The notes beneath the pieces were generated by a model that was not told the origin of the DNA, did no database searches, and saw only the letters and a list, made by a program, of their open reading frames with translations. From a virus: a stretch of DNA of 64,000 bases. Of the stretch, positions 40,109 through 49,449 are shown piece by piece. Position 1 is the first letter of the stretch; each line of letters begins with the position of its first letter. A program made the translations under genes and the position numbers. The stretch lies in IMG/VR virus record IMGVR_UViG_3300030061_002970. One strand, 5' to 3'.

Positions 40109-40158
40109 ATTAAAAGAAATCGTTTAACGAGATAATTATATAATAAGAGAATAAAAAA

Positions 40159-42045
40159 ATGGCATATATAACAAGTGCAACAACAACGACATTAGAGTTA
40201 CAATTAACTGATGAGGGACGTAGACGTGTTTTAGAAAGTAAAAGTCTAACTTCATTATTTGAAAAGTTTGCTATTTCAGATGCTGATATAGACTATAGAA
40301 ATACTCAACAACACGCAGACACTAACGCTACCACTAACGATTCTGCACAACTAGGTTATATACCATATGTTACTGGTAATTTATTAAATTTTAGAAAACA
40401 AATTAATAATGGGTATAGACAAAAAAATATAATATGGGCTTCACCAGAAACTAATACTGTTAATGCTAGGGGGAACGAAACAACATATGTAGCTGTCGGA
40501 GTAAAAACAACCAACGGAAGTGTTAAATATTATAGAGATAATGTAGAAATAGATGTTTATTTACATGATTATTTTGTACTTAATAAATTATTAGCATCAA
40601 AATATATAGCCGACCACAAAGACATACTATCTTCTAACCCTACAACAATTGAACAAAGTTTAAATAACTACTTCCAAGACACATTAAATGTGATTACTAA
40701 TTCTGATTACAATTCTTTTCTAAATGACCTATCAGAATTTGGTATAAGTCAATACCTAGATTTTTGGGATAATATTAGAGTATATAATGGAGCTGATTTT
40801 AGTAGTGAAGATGTTAAACTAGTCCCTATGAAAGATTATAGTTATTTTAATGGGTTAGCTTTGGCAGGTGGAGCTTTTATGAGTAGAGGTGAAAATATGG
40901 GTATAGACTTTAGTGGAACTTACCTAAAAGGTTTAAATGTAGCTTCTCCATTTTCTCTTGTATTTTCACCATCACTAGATAATGGAAGAACTAGGTATAC
41001 TAAAGGTTCTGGTTCAGCGGGTATAGGATTTGAAGCTTTCAGCATGGGTTATTTAAATTGTGGAGGTATAAATAATTGGGATGAAAGTAGTACAGCCCCA
41101 TATCCTATGTTTGATATGTTAACAAAAGAAACTGGATGGTCTACAGATATGGTAGATATAACAAATACCTTTATAGGGTTTGTTTCTAGTGTAGACATGG
41201 AGACTAGTGTTGCTAATGAAAATTTAGCAAATCTAGGATACTCAAATATTACAGCAACCCTACCGACAGCAAGAATAGTATTAGATATTAATAAAGGTAA
41301 TGATGCGTCACCAACATATTACCCAATAAAAATGAAAAGATTAAGTCAGGAAGAAGGTAAATATATTAATATAAACTCACAACAAGCTAAAGGTATTAAC
41401 ATAACTAAAACAACTCACCCATCGGACACTTTTGGTTTATTAGTTGGTGGGCTAGAGTATACCTCAAACTGGAACTCAAATCAAAATGGACTCAGATTTT
41501 CTGCACCATATTTTAGAATGGTACCATCTAAAGATAATGCGATGAGTATTGATTCAGGTAGAGTTGCGGCACAAACTGAACCTTACTATACCCTAAGTAC
41601 TCGTATGATGAAAATGGCTGACGAAATATTTGTTGGTGTAGCGTCACAAAGTAATAACTTTTGGAGGACTGATACATATAGTGGTGGGTTTAGAAGTGGA
41701 TTAAGTGGTAGTAGTCTTAATCACTATAATATATCTATACCAGTAACATGGACAGTATACTCTCAAAACTCACCTAGTGCAGCACCTTGTAAAGTAACTG
41801 TTAGATTTAAATTTAATAAAGAAGCTGTTACTGACTCAGTATCATACAACACGGTTTCTTCACAGAATTATTATAGAATATATGATGATGCAGAATTTAA
41901 GTTTTATGGTGCTGCAGGAGAAACTAAGACATCATTTTCACCAGACCCAAGAGGATTTGGTTACGCTTCAGGTGCGTCTACTACTTGGACAACAAGTGGT
42001 GGAGATGCATTATTTAGAAAAGTAATAACAGGACAAGAAATTTAA
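40159..42045 (+). CDS. virion protein with a tail-collar-like N-domain
   Basis: LTDEGRRRVL…KFAISDADIDYR, paralogous to the 36876 and 39299 N-termini; TAATTAT variant motif at 40133-39. Confidence 0.6.
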   Translation: MAYITSATTTTLELQLTDEGRRRVLESKSLTSLFEKFAISDADIDYRNTQQHADTNATTNDSAQLGYIPYVTGNLLNFRKQINNGYRQKNIIWASPETNTVNARGNETTYVAVGVKTTNGSVKYYRDNVEIDVYLHDYFVLNKLLASKYIADHKDILSSNPTTIEQSLNNYFQDTLNVITNSDYNSFLNDLSEFGISQYLDFWDNIRVYNGADFSSEDVKLVPMKDYSYFNGLALAGGAFMSRGENMGIDFSGTYLKGLNVASPFSLVFSPSLDNGRTRYTKGSGSAGIGFEAFSMGYLNCGGINNWDESSTAPYPMFDMLTKETGWSTDMVDITNTFIGFVSSVDMETSVANENLANLGYSNITATLPTARIVLDINKGNDASPTYYPIKMKRLSQEEGKYININSQQAKGINITKTTHPSDTFGLLVGGLEYTSNWNSNQNGLRFSAPYFRMVPSKDNAMSIDSGRVAAQTEPYYTLSTRMMKMADEIFVGVASQSNNFWRTDTYSGGFRSGLSGSSLNHYNISIPVTWTVYSQNSPSAAPCKVTVRFKFNKEAVTDSVSYNTVSSQNYYRIYDDAEFKFYGAAGETKTSFSPDPRGFGYASGASTTWTTSGGDALFRKVITGQEI

Positions 42046-42049
42046 AATT

Positions 42050-42484
42050 ATGAACGTAAAAGCATTAGAGTGGTATAGAAATAATAGTGACTACACAGAA
42101 AATAGTCGAAAGGTAAATAAATTACCAATAGCATATTTTGATAATCAAAATATAAAAGGTGGAAGAAATAGATATCAGGATGTTGTATCTACAGGTGGTA
42201 ACGGAATGGATTTTTATGGTACCCCTGGTGAGTATGGAGCTAGATTTAAAACGTCCAAATATTTATCGGTGATAAGTTCGTTAGATAAAGGTAAAATAAT
42301 GTTTGTTGATTATCCAAGTAACGGTAAACTAACAAAAAGAACAGTTTTCCCTGGTATACAAAGTAATGGGAATAATATGAGTGAGGCTAGTCCTTTTCAT
42401 ATGATAAAACTTTACTTTCCTGGTAGAGCGTCCTTAGCTTTAGATACAAACACTAATTCAGCTAATTATAAAAATTGGAATTAA
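42050..42484 (+). CDS. hypothetical protein (structural module)
   Basis: 144-aa ORF, tight packing. Confidence 0.6.
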   Translation: MNVKALEWYRNNSDYTENSRKVNKLPIAYFDNQNIKGGRNRYQDVVSTGGNGMDFYGTPGEYGARFKTSKYLSVISSLDKGKIMFVDYPSNGKLTKRTVFPGIQSNGNNMSEASPFHMIKLYFPGRASLALDTNTNSANYKNWN

Positions 42485-42485
42485 A

Positions 42486-43691
42486 ATGGGAAAACTTAAA
42501 AAAATATCAGCAAACGAAAAATTTGTAGAAACTACATTAGTTCCTTGGTCGGGGAACGGTTGGACTACCACAACAGGTACTTCACTAACATTTACAGCGG
42601 TACAAAGAGACCCATCTAATGGGAGACCATTCTCAAACCTATTTTCATCGTTTAACTTACCTACAACTTCAGCACAATGTGAAACATTTGAATCTTCTTG
42701 GGCTAGAAGTGGGTTTAGTGGGTTAAGTCAAGAAAATGTTGTTGTTGTTGATATAGGTGTTAACACATATGGTGAACTTATAGATGGAAGAACACTTAAA
42801 CTAACACTACCTATGGGTGGAACATACCGTGGAGGTGAGGTTGGTAATACCCTAGATTTTTACAGTTCATATTATGAACCGGAACCATTTTCATCAGACA
42901 ATTCGATAAACGGAGAGTATTTCGGAGGACCATCGATAAGAAACGAAAATGTAAAAGGTAACCCTAGTCTACACTCAACTAATATAGCGTTTTTATTCAC
43001 AGATGAAATTTTAGGTCCTGAAATGTCTTCTACAACAACAACTATAAGTAGTTGGTCTAGTGGTTGGCAACAAGACGTAATACCTAATGGGTATACTGAT
43101 GGTGGGGTAGATAATTTTAGATTTACCGATACAGTTTCTTCATCAAACACACCTAAAGCATATGCACAATCACAAGATATTCCAGTAGGAATTTGTTATC
43201 TAGATAAAGGATTTATAGTCTTAACAGACCCAACAATAGTACAAAATTTCCTATACTCTGGTTCAGCTTCTGGTACAAGTGCAACCACAATTGATTATGG
43301 TTATACTGGTGTAGAATCAGGATTTACCCAAGTATTTTTTACGGCAGACACTTCTGGTTCTTGTACTTACTATTCTTTTGAAAGAGAGATATTGTTAACC
43401 ATTAATGTCGTCGCCAATTCAGGAGAATTTTTTATAACAGAAAATCAAACAGCTTCTAGTGCAGATGCACCTTATTATGGTGCGGGAGGTAGTGATACCG
43501 GCATACAGTTTATGACGCCATTTGGTGAAGTAAACCAAGTATGGGATTTGTCCAGTGTTAGCTCTACCTATATAACAGAAATAGGTTTATATGACGCACA
43601 AAACAGATTATTAGCTATAGCAAAACCAGATAGACCAATTAAAAAACCTAAAAACACACCAGTAACCTTGACTTTGAAGTTAAAATTCTAA
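42486..43691 (+). CDS. virion protein with a tail-collar-like C-domain
   Basis: YGELIDG, VGICYLDKG, YITEIGLYDAQNRLLAIAKPDRPIKK. Confidence 0.6.
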   Translation: MGKLKKISANEKFVETTLVPWSGNGWTTTTGTSLTFTAVQRDPSNGRPFSNLFSSFNLPTTSAQCETFESSWARSGFSGLSQENVVVVDIGVNTYGELIDGRTLKLTLPMGGTYRGGEVGNTLDFYSSYYEPEPFSSDNSINGEYFGGPSIRNENVKGNPSLHSTNIAFLFTDEILGPEMSSTTTTISSWSSGWQQDVIPNGYTDGGVDNFRFTDTVSSSNTPKAYAQSQDIPVGICYLDKGFIVLTDPTIVQNFLYSGSASGTSATTIDYGYTGVESGFTQVFFTADTSGSCTYYSFEREILLTINVVANSGEFFITENQTASSADAPYYGAGGSDTGIQFMTPFGEVNQVWDLSSVSSTYITEIGLYDAQNRLLAIAKPDRPIKKPKNTPVTLTLKLKF

Positions 43692-43701
43692 TATTTTAAT
43701 T

Positions 43702-44298
43702 ATGAAAAATATTGGAAATCGACCTAAAATTTTGGGTTTAGACATATCTACAAAAACTATAGGGTGGGCTCTATTTGACCTACAGGATGGGCAACTTCTA
43801 GAATTAACTCATTTCTCACCAAAAATTAAACCACCAAAGGAGTGTAAAATAGAAGAAATGTTGGAAAAAACCAACCATTTTAAAGATAAACTATCCGACT
43901 ATACTAAAGTGGGGATTACACAGATAGTGATAGAAGAACCACTAATTAATTCAAACAATATTAGAACCGTAGCTACTTTAATGAGGTATAACTCGTTTAT
44001 AACAAGAGTAATATATGATGTTTTAGGTATTGTACCAGAGTTCATATCCACATACAACTCTAGAAAATTTGCTTTCCCAACACTATTCACTGAAAATAAA
44101 AAAGGAAGAAATGTTTTATTTGGTAAATATGAAGTTGGGTGTGATAAAAAACAAATAATTTGGCAACATGTTTCTGATAGAGAACCACATTTAACATGGG
44201 CTTATACACGTAATAATACACTTAAAAAAGAAAATTACGATATGGCGGATGCTTATACTTGTGTTTTAGGTTCTATGAAACAAAAAGGTATTTGGTAA
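43702..44298 (+). CDS. RuvC-like Holliday junction resolvase
   Basis: ILGLDISTKTIGWA, IVIEEP, DMADAY (RNase H fold acidic residues). Confidence 0.78.
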   Translation: MKNIGNRPKILGLDISTKTIGWALFDLQDGQLLELTHFSPKIKPPKECKIEEMLEKTNHFKDKLSDYTKVGITQIVIEEPLINSNNIRTVATLMRYNSFITRVIYDVLGIVPEFISTYNSRKFAFPTLFTENKKGRNVLFGKYEVGCDKKQIIWQHVSDREPHLTWAYTRNNTLKKENYDMADAYTCVLGSMKQKGIW

Positions 44299-44329
44299 TT
44301 GATTAACCAGTAAAAATTCCATACATTTA
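44299..44329 (+). promoter_or_regulatory. TTGATT-N17-TACATT(TA) promoter, predicted leaderless primase mRNA
   Basis: -35 at 44299-304, -10 at 44322-27, ATG at 44334. Confidence 0.6.
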
Positions 44330-44333
44330 TCAC

Positions 44334-45248
44334 ATGGAAGATAACCCACTATTATTAGAACTACTACAAGATGTTTTAGGTGATATAAATTCACATTACC
44401 CAAATAAAGGACAAATCTCATTTGATTGTCCAGTTTGTTCATATGATATTAAAGGCTTAGATAAAGGAGATGGTAAAGGTAATTTTGAAGTAAACTACCA
44501 ACAAGGAGTTTATAAATGTTGGGCATGTTCAGAAACCTACAACACACATGGTTCTTTAAATAAATTATTTTTAAAGTGGGGAAATAAAAGAAATAAGTCT
44601 ACTTGGAAATTAATAGGGGGTGACTTTATTAAAACACAAAAACGAACCTACGAAGACGTTACACTACCAAATGAGTATATATCTTTTACTAAAGGAAATA
44701 AATTAACCATACCTTATAGAGAAGCTTATAATTATTTAAGAAAAAGAAATATAAGTGATGAAGTTATAACAAAGTATTCTTTAGGTTATACCACAGAAGG
44801 TAAATATAGAGGTCGAATTATAGTTCCTTCTTTTGATGAAAATGGTGACATCAATTATTTTGTTTCTCGTTCTTATGTGGGTCATAAGAATAAATATAAA
44901 AATCCTGAAGCAGAAAAAGATAAAATTATATTTAATGAACACCAAATAAACTGGGAAGAAAAAGTTTATCTGGTAGAGGGTGTTTTTGATATGTTTTTTG
45001 TTAATAATTCGATACCAGTATTAGGTAAAAATGTTAGTGATAAACTCTGGGGTAAATTATATGATAATTGTAAAGATAATATTGTGATATGTTTAGATGG
45101 AGATGCCTGGAAAGATTCGGAAAAATTATATAGAAAACTAGATGGTGGAAAATTAACCGGTAGAATCAGACTAATAAAGTTACCTAAAGATAAAGATGTT
45201 GGTGAATTAGGTGGTTTAAAAGGACTAAAAGAAATAAAACTATTATAA
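44334..45248 (+). CDS. DNA primase (Zn-binding + TOPRIM)
   Basis: CPVC…YKCWAC, RIIVP, KYKN, LVEGVFD, CLDGD, KDVGE. Confidence 0.88.
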   Translation: MEDNPLLLELLQDVLGDINSHYPNKGQISFDCPVCSYDIKGLDKGDGKGNFEVNYQQGVYKCWACSETYNTHGSLNKLFLKWGNKRNKSTWKLIGGDFIKTQKRTYEDVTLPNEYISFTKGNKLTIPYREAYNYLRKRNISDEVITKYSLGYTTEGKYRGRIIVPSFDENGDINYFVSRSYVGHKNKYKNPEAEKDKIIFNEHQINWEEKVYLVEGVFDMFFVNNSIPVLGKNVSDKLWGKLYDNCKDNIVICLDGDAWKDSEKLYRKLDGGKLTGRIRLIKLPKDKDVGELGGLKGLKEIKLL

Positions 45249-46022
45249 ATGAAAATAATTAAAGAATTAGCAAAGTTTAACAATATAAAGTTTCACGATA
45301 AAGAACATATCTATTACCTAGATGGAGTTAAAACAAAATCAGTAACATCGGTAATATCAAACTATAAACACCCTTTTGATAAAGATTACTGGTCACAAAA
45401 AAAAGCAGATGAAAGAGGAATCACAAAAGAAGAAATACTAAAAGAATGGAAATATAAGGCAGATTTTTCTTGTGAAAAAGGTTCTGCTTTTCACGAGTAT
45501 GCTGAAAATTTCTTAACAAATAAATTATTTCCATTTCCAGAACATAAAATTACCGAAGCTTTAGGTAGTGTGGAAAATATGTTAGAATGTAAACAAGCTG
45601 TTAATAAATTGACAAAAATGTTTACTGAGTTTTACGAAACATCTTTTGGTAAACTAATACCTGTTAGGGCGGAGATTGTTGTTGGTGACAAAGATTGGGG
45701 TGTTACAGGAATGATTGACCAGTTATTTTATAATGAGAAATCTAAAAAATTAGAGATATGGGATTGGAAAACAAATAAAGCTATAAATAAAAAAAATAAA
45801 TGGCAGCAATTTAAGGAACCATTATCTCACCTAGACGTTTGTGAATTAAATACGTATTCTTTACAGTTATCTTTTTATAAATTAATAGTGGAAAGAAATA
45901 CAGAGTTAGAACTTGGGGACTGTTATATAGTATGGTTTAATGAAAATAACGATACATACAAAATTATGAAATGTTATGATTTTAGAGAAGAAATTTTAAA
46001 AATAATGAATAAAGATGGGTAA
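45249..46022 (+). CDS. PD-(D/E)XK exonuclease
   Basis: SVTSVI, GSAFH..E, GMIDQL, IWDWKT, YSLQLSFY. Confidence 0.8.
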   Translation: MKIIKELAKFNNIKFHDKEHIYYLDGVKTKSVTSVISNYKHPFDKDYWSQKKADERGITKEEILKEWKYKADFSCEKGSAFHEYAENFLTNKLFPFPEHKITEALGSVENMLECKQAVNKLTKMFTEFYETSFGKLIPVRAEIVVGDKDWGVTGMIDQLFYNEKSKKLEIWDWKTNKAINKKNKWQQFKEPLSHLDVCELNTYSLQLSFYKLIVERNTELELGDCYIVWFNENNDTYKIMKCYDFREEILKIMNKDG

Positions 46023-46707
46023 ACAAAAAATAAAAGTAAGAATAAAAGATATTCATTGTGATATTAACCCATCATCAATCCTTTATAGTTGGAGGAGACT
46101 AAGAAAAAGCATAAACACAAACGGATATAAACCAGAAAATTTTTCCTATATACTAGTTTACAAACATGATAAAAAATACCACATCATAAACGGTAATCAC
46201 AGGGTAAAAGTTTTAGAACAAATGTATGGTGAAGATTATGAGTTAGAAGTCATCTGTCAAGACAAACCTCAAACAGCTTTAAAAGATTTGTACAGAAGAA
46301 TGATAGAACCTATTTTAGGTAAAAATAAAAGTAAAATAACTAAAATTATTACTTTAATAACATTAGGTGTTATATTTTGGTATTTTTTTATTAGTAACTT
46401 ATTAGCTACTATTATTTTAAGTGCAATTATTTGGTACACCATTAATTACTTTCCAGAAAATACCTATTCATTCCCAGTTAATTACGAAGTGGACCCTGAT
46501 AAAAAAAAATGGCAAGATAAATACCCATATATTTACACACTTTGGTTAAACTTATATAAAAATCTTAGGGTTATAATTATAATGACAACTATACTTTGTT
46601 ATATAATTTATTTAGCTCACGGTGGTGTTTTAAAATTAATTGGTGTCCTACTTTTCGTGGGTGTAGCAGCTAGTCTTAAAGAAAAAGAAAAGAATAATGA
46701 AGATTAA
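46015..46707 (+). CDS. ParB/sulfiredoxin-like N-terminal domain fused to about 4 transmembrane helices
   Basis: LRKSINTNGY…ILV…YHIINGNHRVKVL; two hydrophobic hairpins in the C-terminal half. Confidence 0.6.
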   Translation: MGKQKIKVRIKDIHCDINPSSILYSWRRLRKSINTNGYKPENFSYILVYKHDKKYHIINGNHRVKVLEQMYGEDYELEVICQDKPQTALKDLYRRMIEPILGKNKSKITKIITLITLGVIFWYFFISNLLATIILSAIIWYTINYFPENTYSFPVNYEVDPDKKKWQDKYPYIYTLWLNLYKNLRVIIIMTTILCYIIYLAHGGVLKLIGVLLFVGVAASLKEKEKNNED

Positions 46708-47482
46708 AAATATTATACACTATTCTGATTTACATTTAAAACTCTATAAACAACACACACGAGACAAAAATATATTAGAAATAGCATTAAAAGAGTGGAA
46801 AGAATTATCACCCGACAGAATAGTATTTACTGGTGATTTTGTGCATTCTAAAAACCAAATGACACCAGAACTAATAAATTTAATGTCTTGGTTTATGACA
46901 GAAACAGCTAAAATATGTAAATGTGTTTATATAATTGGTAACCATGATTTTTTAGAAAATAACTTAGATAGGATGGATGCTATATCACCAGTTGTAGACA
47001 GTCTAAATAATCCTAATATAGTATATTATAAAGATAAAGGATGTTACAAGGACAATAATATATTATGGTGTGTATATTCATTATTAACACACAATACCAA
47101 ACCAAATATACCTGAAGTATGTGAAGAACATAAAGTAGGTTTGTTTCATGGACCAATAATAGGTCTATATACAGATATTGGTTTTGAGTTTGAAGATGGT
47201 TATAGTGTGGAAATATTCGAAGATTGTGATGTTGTGTTAGCGGGTGATATACACAAAAGACAAACATTTAAAATACCAGGAAATAAAAAAGCCTACATGA
47301 TTGGGTCTATGATAAATCAAAACTTCGGTGAAAGTATAAAAAACCACGGGTATGGGTTGTATAACACAGAAACAAAAAAATATAAGTTTTTTAATATTGA
47401 TAATCCTCAACCTTATCTTAATTTTAAGATAAAGGATATAGAAGATATCCAAAACGAAAAAGAAATTTTAACAAATGCTTAG
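46697..47482 (+). CDS. Mre11/SbcD/gp47-like metallophosphoesterase nuclease
   Basis: SDLH, TGDFVH, IGNHD, LFHG, AGDIHKRQ, GSMINQNFGE. Confidence 0.88.
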   Translation: MKIKNIIHYSDLHLKLYKQHTRDKNILEIALKEWKELSPDRIVFTGDFVHSKNQMTPELINLMSWFMTETAKICKCVYIIGNHDFLENNLDRMDAISPVVDSLNNPNIVYYKDKGCYKDNNILWCVYSLLTHNTKPNIPEVCEEHKVGLFHGPIIGLYTDIGFEFEDGYSVEIFEDCDVVLAGDIHKRQTFKIPGNKKAYMIGSMINQNFGESIKNHGYGLYNTETKKYKFFNIDNPQPYLNFKIKDIEDIQNEKEILTNA

Positions 47483-47915
47483 TAAAGAACAACACAAAGA
47501 GTTTAAAAATTATTGTCAATTAAATGAAATAGAAGACATTGATAATTTTATTGTTAAATGTGCTAAAGATGGATTAACATTAGATAAATACGGAATAGCA
47601 CCATTCTTACCTAAATCACAAATACAAGAAGTACCAGTAGAAAAAGAAATAATAAAAGAAGTTATTAAAGAAATACCGGTAGAAAAAGAAGTTATTATTG
47701 AAAAGATTGTGACTAAAGAGGTAAAAGATACTCAGTTAATTGAAGAATTAGAAAAGCTTAAAAAAGAATTAACTGAAAAATATAATATAATAAATGAACA
47801 AAAAAATAAAATAAAACAACAAGATGATGTGTTAGAACACTTTAAAAATGTTACAGTCAACAGAAGAACTAAACACATGAGGTCATCTAACTTAAACGAC
47901 ACTTATTACGATTAA
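47475..47915 (+). CDS. hypothetical protein with EVPVEK/IIKEV repeats and a coiled coil
   Basis: EVPVEKEIIKEVIKEIPVEKEVIIEKIVTKEV. Confidence 0.65.
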   Translation: MLSKEQHKEFKNYCQLNEIEDIDNFIVKCAKDGLTLDKYGIAPFLPKSQIQEVPVEKEIIKEVIKEIPVEKEVIIEKIVTKEVKDTQLIEELEKLKKELTEKYNIINEQKNKIKQQDDVLEHFKNVTVNRRTKHMRSSNLNDTYYD

Positions 47916-47919
47916 AACT

Positions 47920-48243
47920 ATGGAAATATTTATTTGGATTTTAACAGCTTACGGAATGTCAAACATATTAGTGTTTGGTAGTATTTTTGAAAACCTAAGA
48001 ACTTGGTTAATAAAAAAATCAGAATTTTTTGGTGACCTAATTCAATGTATGATGTGTACATCTACATGGGTGGGATTCTTTTTCTCATTAGTATTTTTTT
48101 CACCAACAGCAGAACTAACAGTCATACCATACACTAATTGGTTTTTTGATGGAATGTTTGCTAGTGGTTCAGTATGGGCTATAAATGCTATTATAGAATA
48201 CTTTGAAGAAAATAGAATAGACAAAGGGCCAGGAATACAGTAA
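47920..48243 (+). CDS. small membrane protein with CxxC (DUF1360-like)
   Basis: SIFENLR…LIQCMMCTSTWVG; three hydrophobic segments. Confidence 0.6.
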   Translation: MEIFIWILTAYGMSNILVFGSIFENLRTWLIKKSEFFGDLIQCMMCTSTWVGFFFSLVFFSPTAELTVIPYTNWFFDGMFASGSVWAINAIIEYFEENRIDKGPGIQ

Positions 48244-48244
48244 A

Positions 48245-48275
48245 TTGATTTACACTTTAAAATTCTTTATATTTT
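48245..48275 (+). promoter_or_regulatory. TTGATT-N17-TATATT promoter, predicted leaderless mRNA
   Basis: -35 at 48245-50, -10 at 48268-73, ATG at 48280. Confidence 0.62.
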
Positions 48276-48279
48276 AAAT

Positions 48280-49449
48280 ATGAAGAAAATTAACATACCA
48301 CTGTTCAAGGTATTTATGTCACCTAATGCACCAGAAAAAGTTAAACAAGTACTAGAATCTGGATTTATAGGAGAAGGTGAACAAGTAAAATTATTTGAAA
48401 AAAATTTAAAAAAATACATAGGTTGTAAAAACTTAGTAACAACAAATTCAGCGACTTCTGCACTTCACTTAACACTTCATTTACTTAAAAATAATATTCA
48501 TGGACATAAAAAATATAATTGGCCTTTTGTAAAAGAAGGTGATGAGGTATTAAGTTGTCCACTAACTTGTACAGCAACTAATTGGCCAGTACTAGCTAAT
48601 AATTTAAACCTAAAGTGGGTCGATGTGGATAGAGATACATGCAATATGTGTCTAAGTGACTTAAAGAATAAAATATCATCAAAAACTAAAATTATAATTC
48701 TTGTTCACTGGGGAGGTAATCCAATAGACCTAAAAAAGATAGAAGAGATAAAAGAGTATTCAGAAAAAAAATATGGATTCAGACCTATCATAATTGAAGA
48801 TTCAGCACATGCATTCGGGAGCGAATATAAAGGACAGATACTAAGTTCAATAGATAACGACAATATAAAAGTTCATAGTTTTCAAGCTATAAAACACATT
48901 ACAAGTATTGACGGTGGGTGTATTATATTTCCAGATAATACCTTAACAAAACAAGCAAAACTTTTAAGGTGGTATGGTATTGATAGGGATGACAACACAA
49001 AAGATTTCAGGTGTGAAAATAATATTTCTGAATGGGGATTTAAATTTCATATGAATGATGTGTGTGCTACTGTAGGTATAGAAAATCTTAAATACGTTAA
49101 TAAATTACTTAAAATTAATAGAAGAAATGCTGATTATTATATAAAAAAATTAAGAAATAATCCGGATATTACCCTTTTAAAAGTTGATAAAAATAATAAT
49201 CCATCGTATTGGATATACACAATAAAGGTAAAAAATCAAACACGGTTTATGGAAAAAATGAATAAAAACAATATAATGGTTAGTAGGGTGCATGAAAGAA
49301 ACGATAAACACTCATGTGTATTTAAATATAACACAAAATTGCCAAACCTAGACAAAATAGTTAATGAGATGATTTGTTTACCTGTAGGTTGGTGGTTAGG
49401 TAAAAAAGAAATCAAACAAATAGTAAAAGTTATAAATGATGGTTGGTAA
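48280..49449 (+). CDS. DegT/DnrJ/EryC1/StrS family PLP-dependent sugar aminotransferase
   Basis: NSATSALHL, VHWGG, IEDSAHAFG, HSFQAIKHITSIDGG (PLP Lys), GFKFHMND, LPVGWW. Confidence 0.92.
   Translation: MKKINIPLFKVFMSPNAPEKVKQVLESGFIGEGEQVKLFEKNLKKYIGCKNLVTTNSATSALHLTLHLLKNNIHGHKKYNWPFVKEGDEVLSCPLTCTATNWPVLANNLNLKWVDVDRDTCNMCLSDLKNKISSKTKIIILVHWGGNPIDLKKIEEIKEYSEKKYGFRPIIIEDSAHAFGSEYKGQILSSIDNDNIKVHSFQAIKHITSIDGGCIIFPDNTLTKQAKLLRWYGIDRDDNTKDFRCENNISEWGFKFHMNDVCATVGIENLKYVNKLLKINRRNADYYIKKLRNNPDITLLKVDKNNNPSYWIYTIKVKNQTRFMEKMNKNNIMVSRVHERNDKHSCVFKYNTKLPNLDKIVNEMICLPVGWWLGKKEIKQIVKVINDGW

Noticed and set aside
43702-44298. TnpB/Cas12-like or transposase RuvC
   Set aside because: Too short, with no Zn finger, flanking repeats or ncRNA space; it fits a resolvase.
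45249-46022. Cas4 / CRISPR-associated nuclease
   Set aside because: It lacks the four-Cys Fe-S arrangement and there are no cas genes or array; it is a generic phage PD-(D/E)XK exonuclease.
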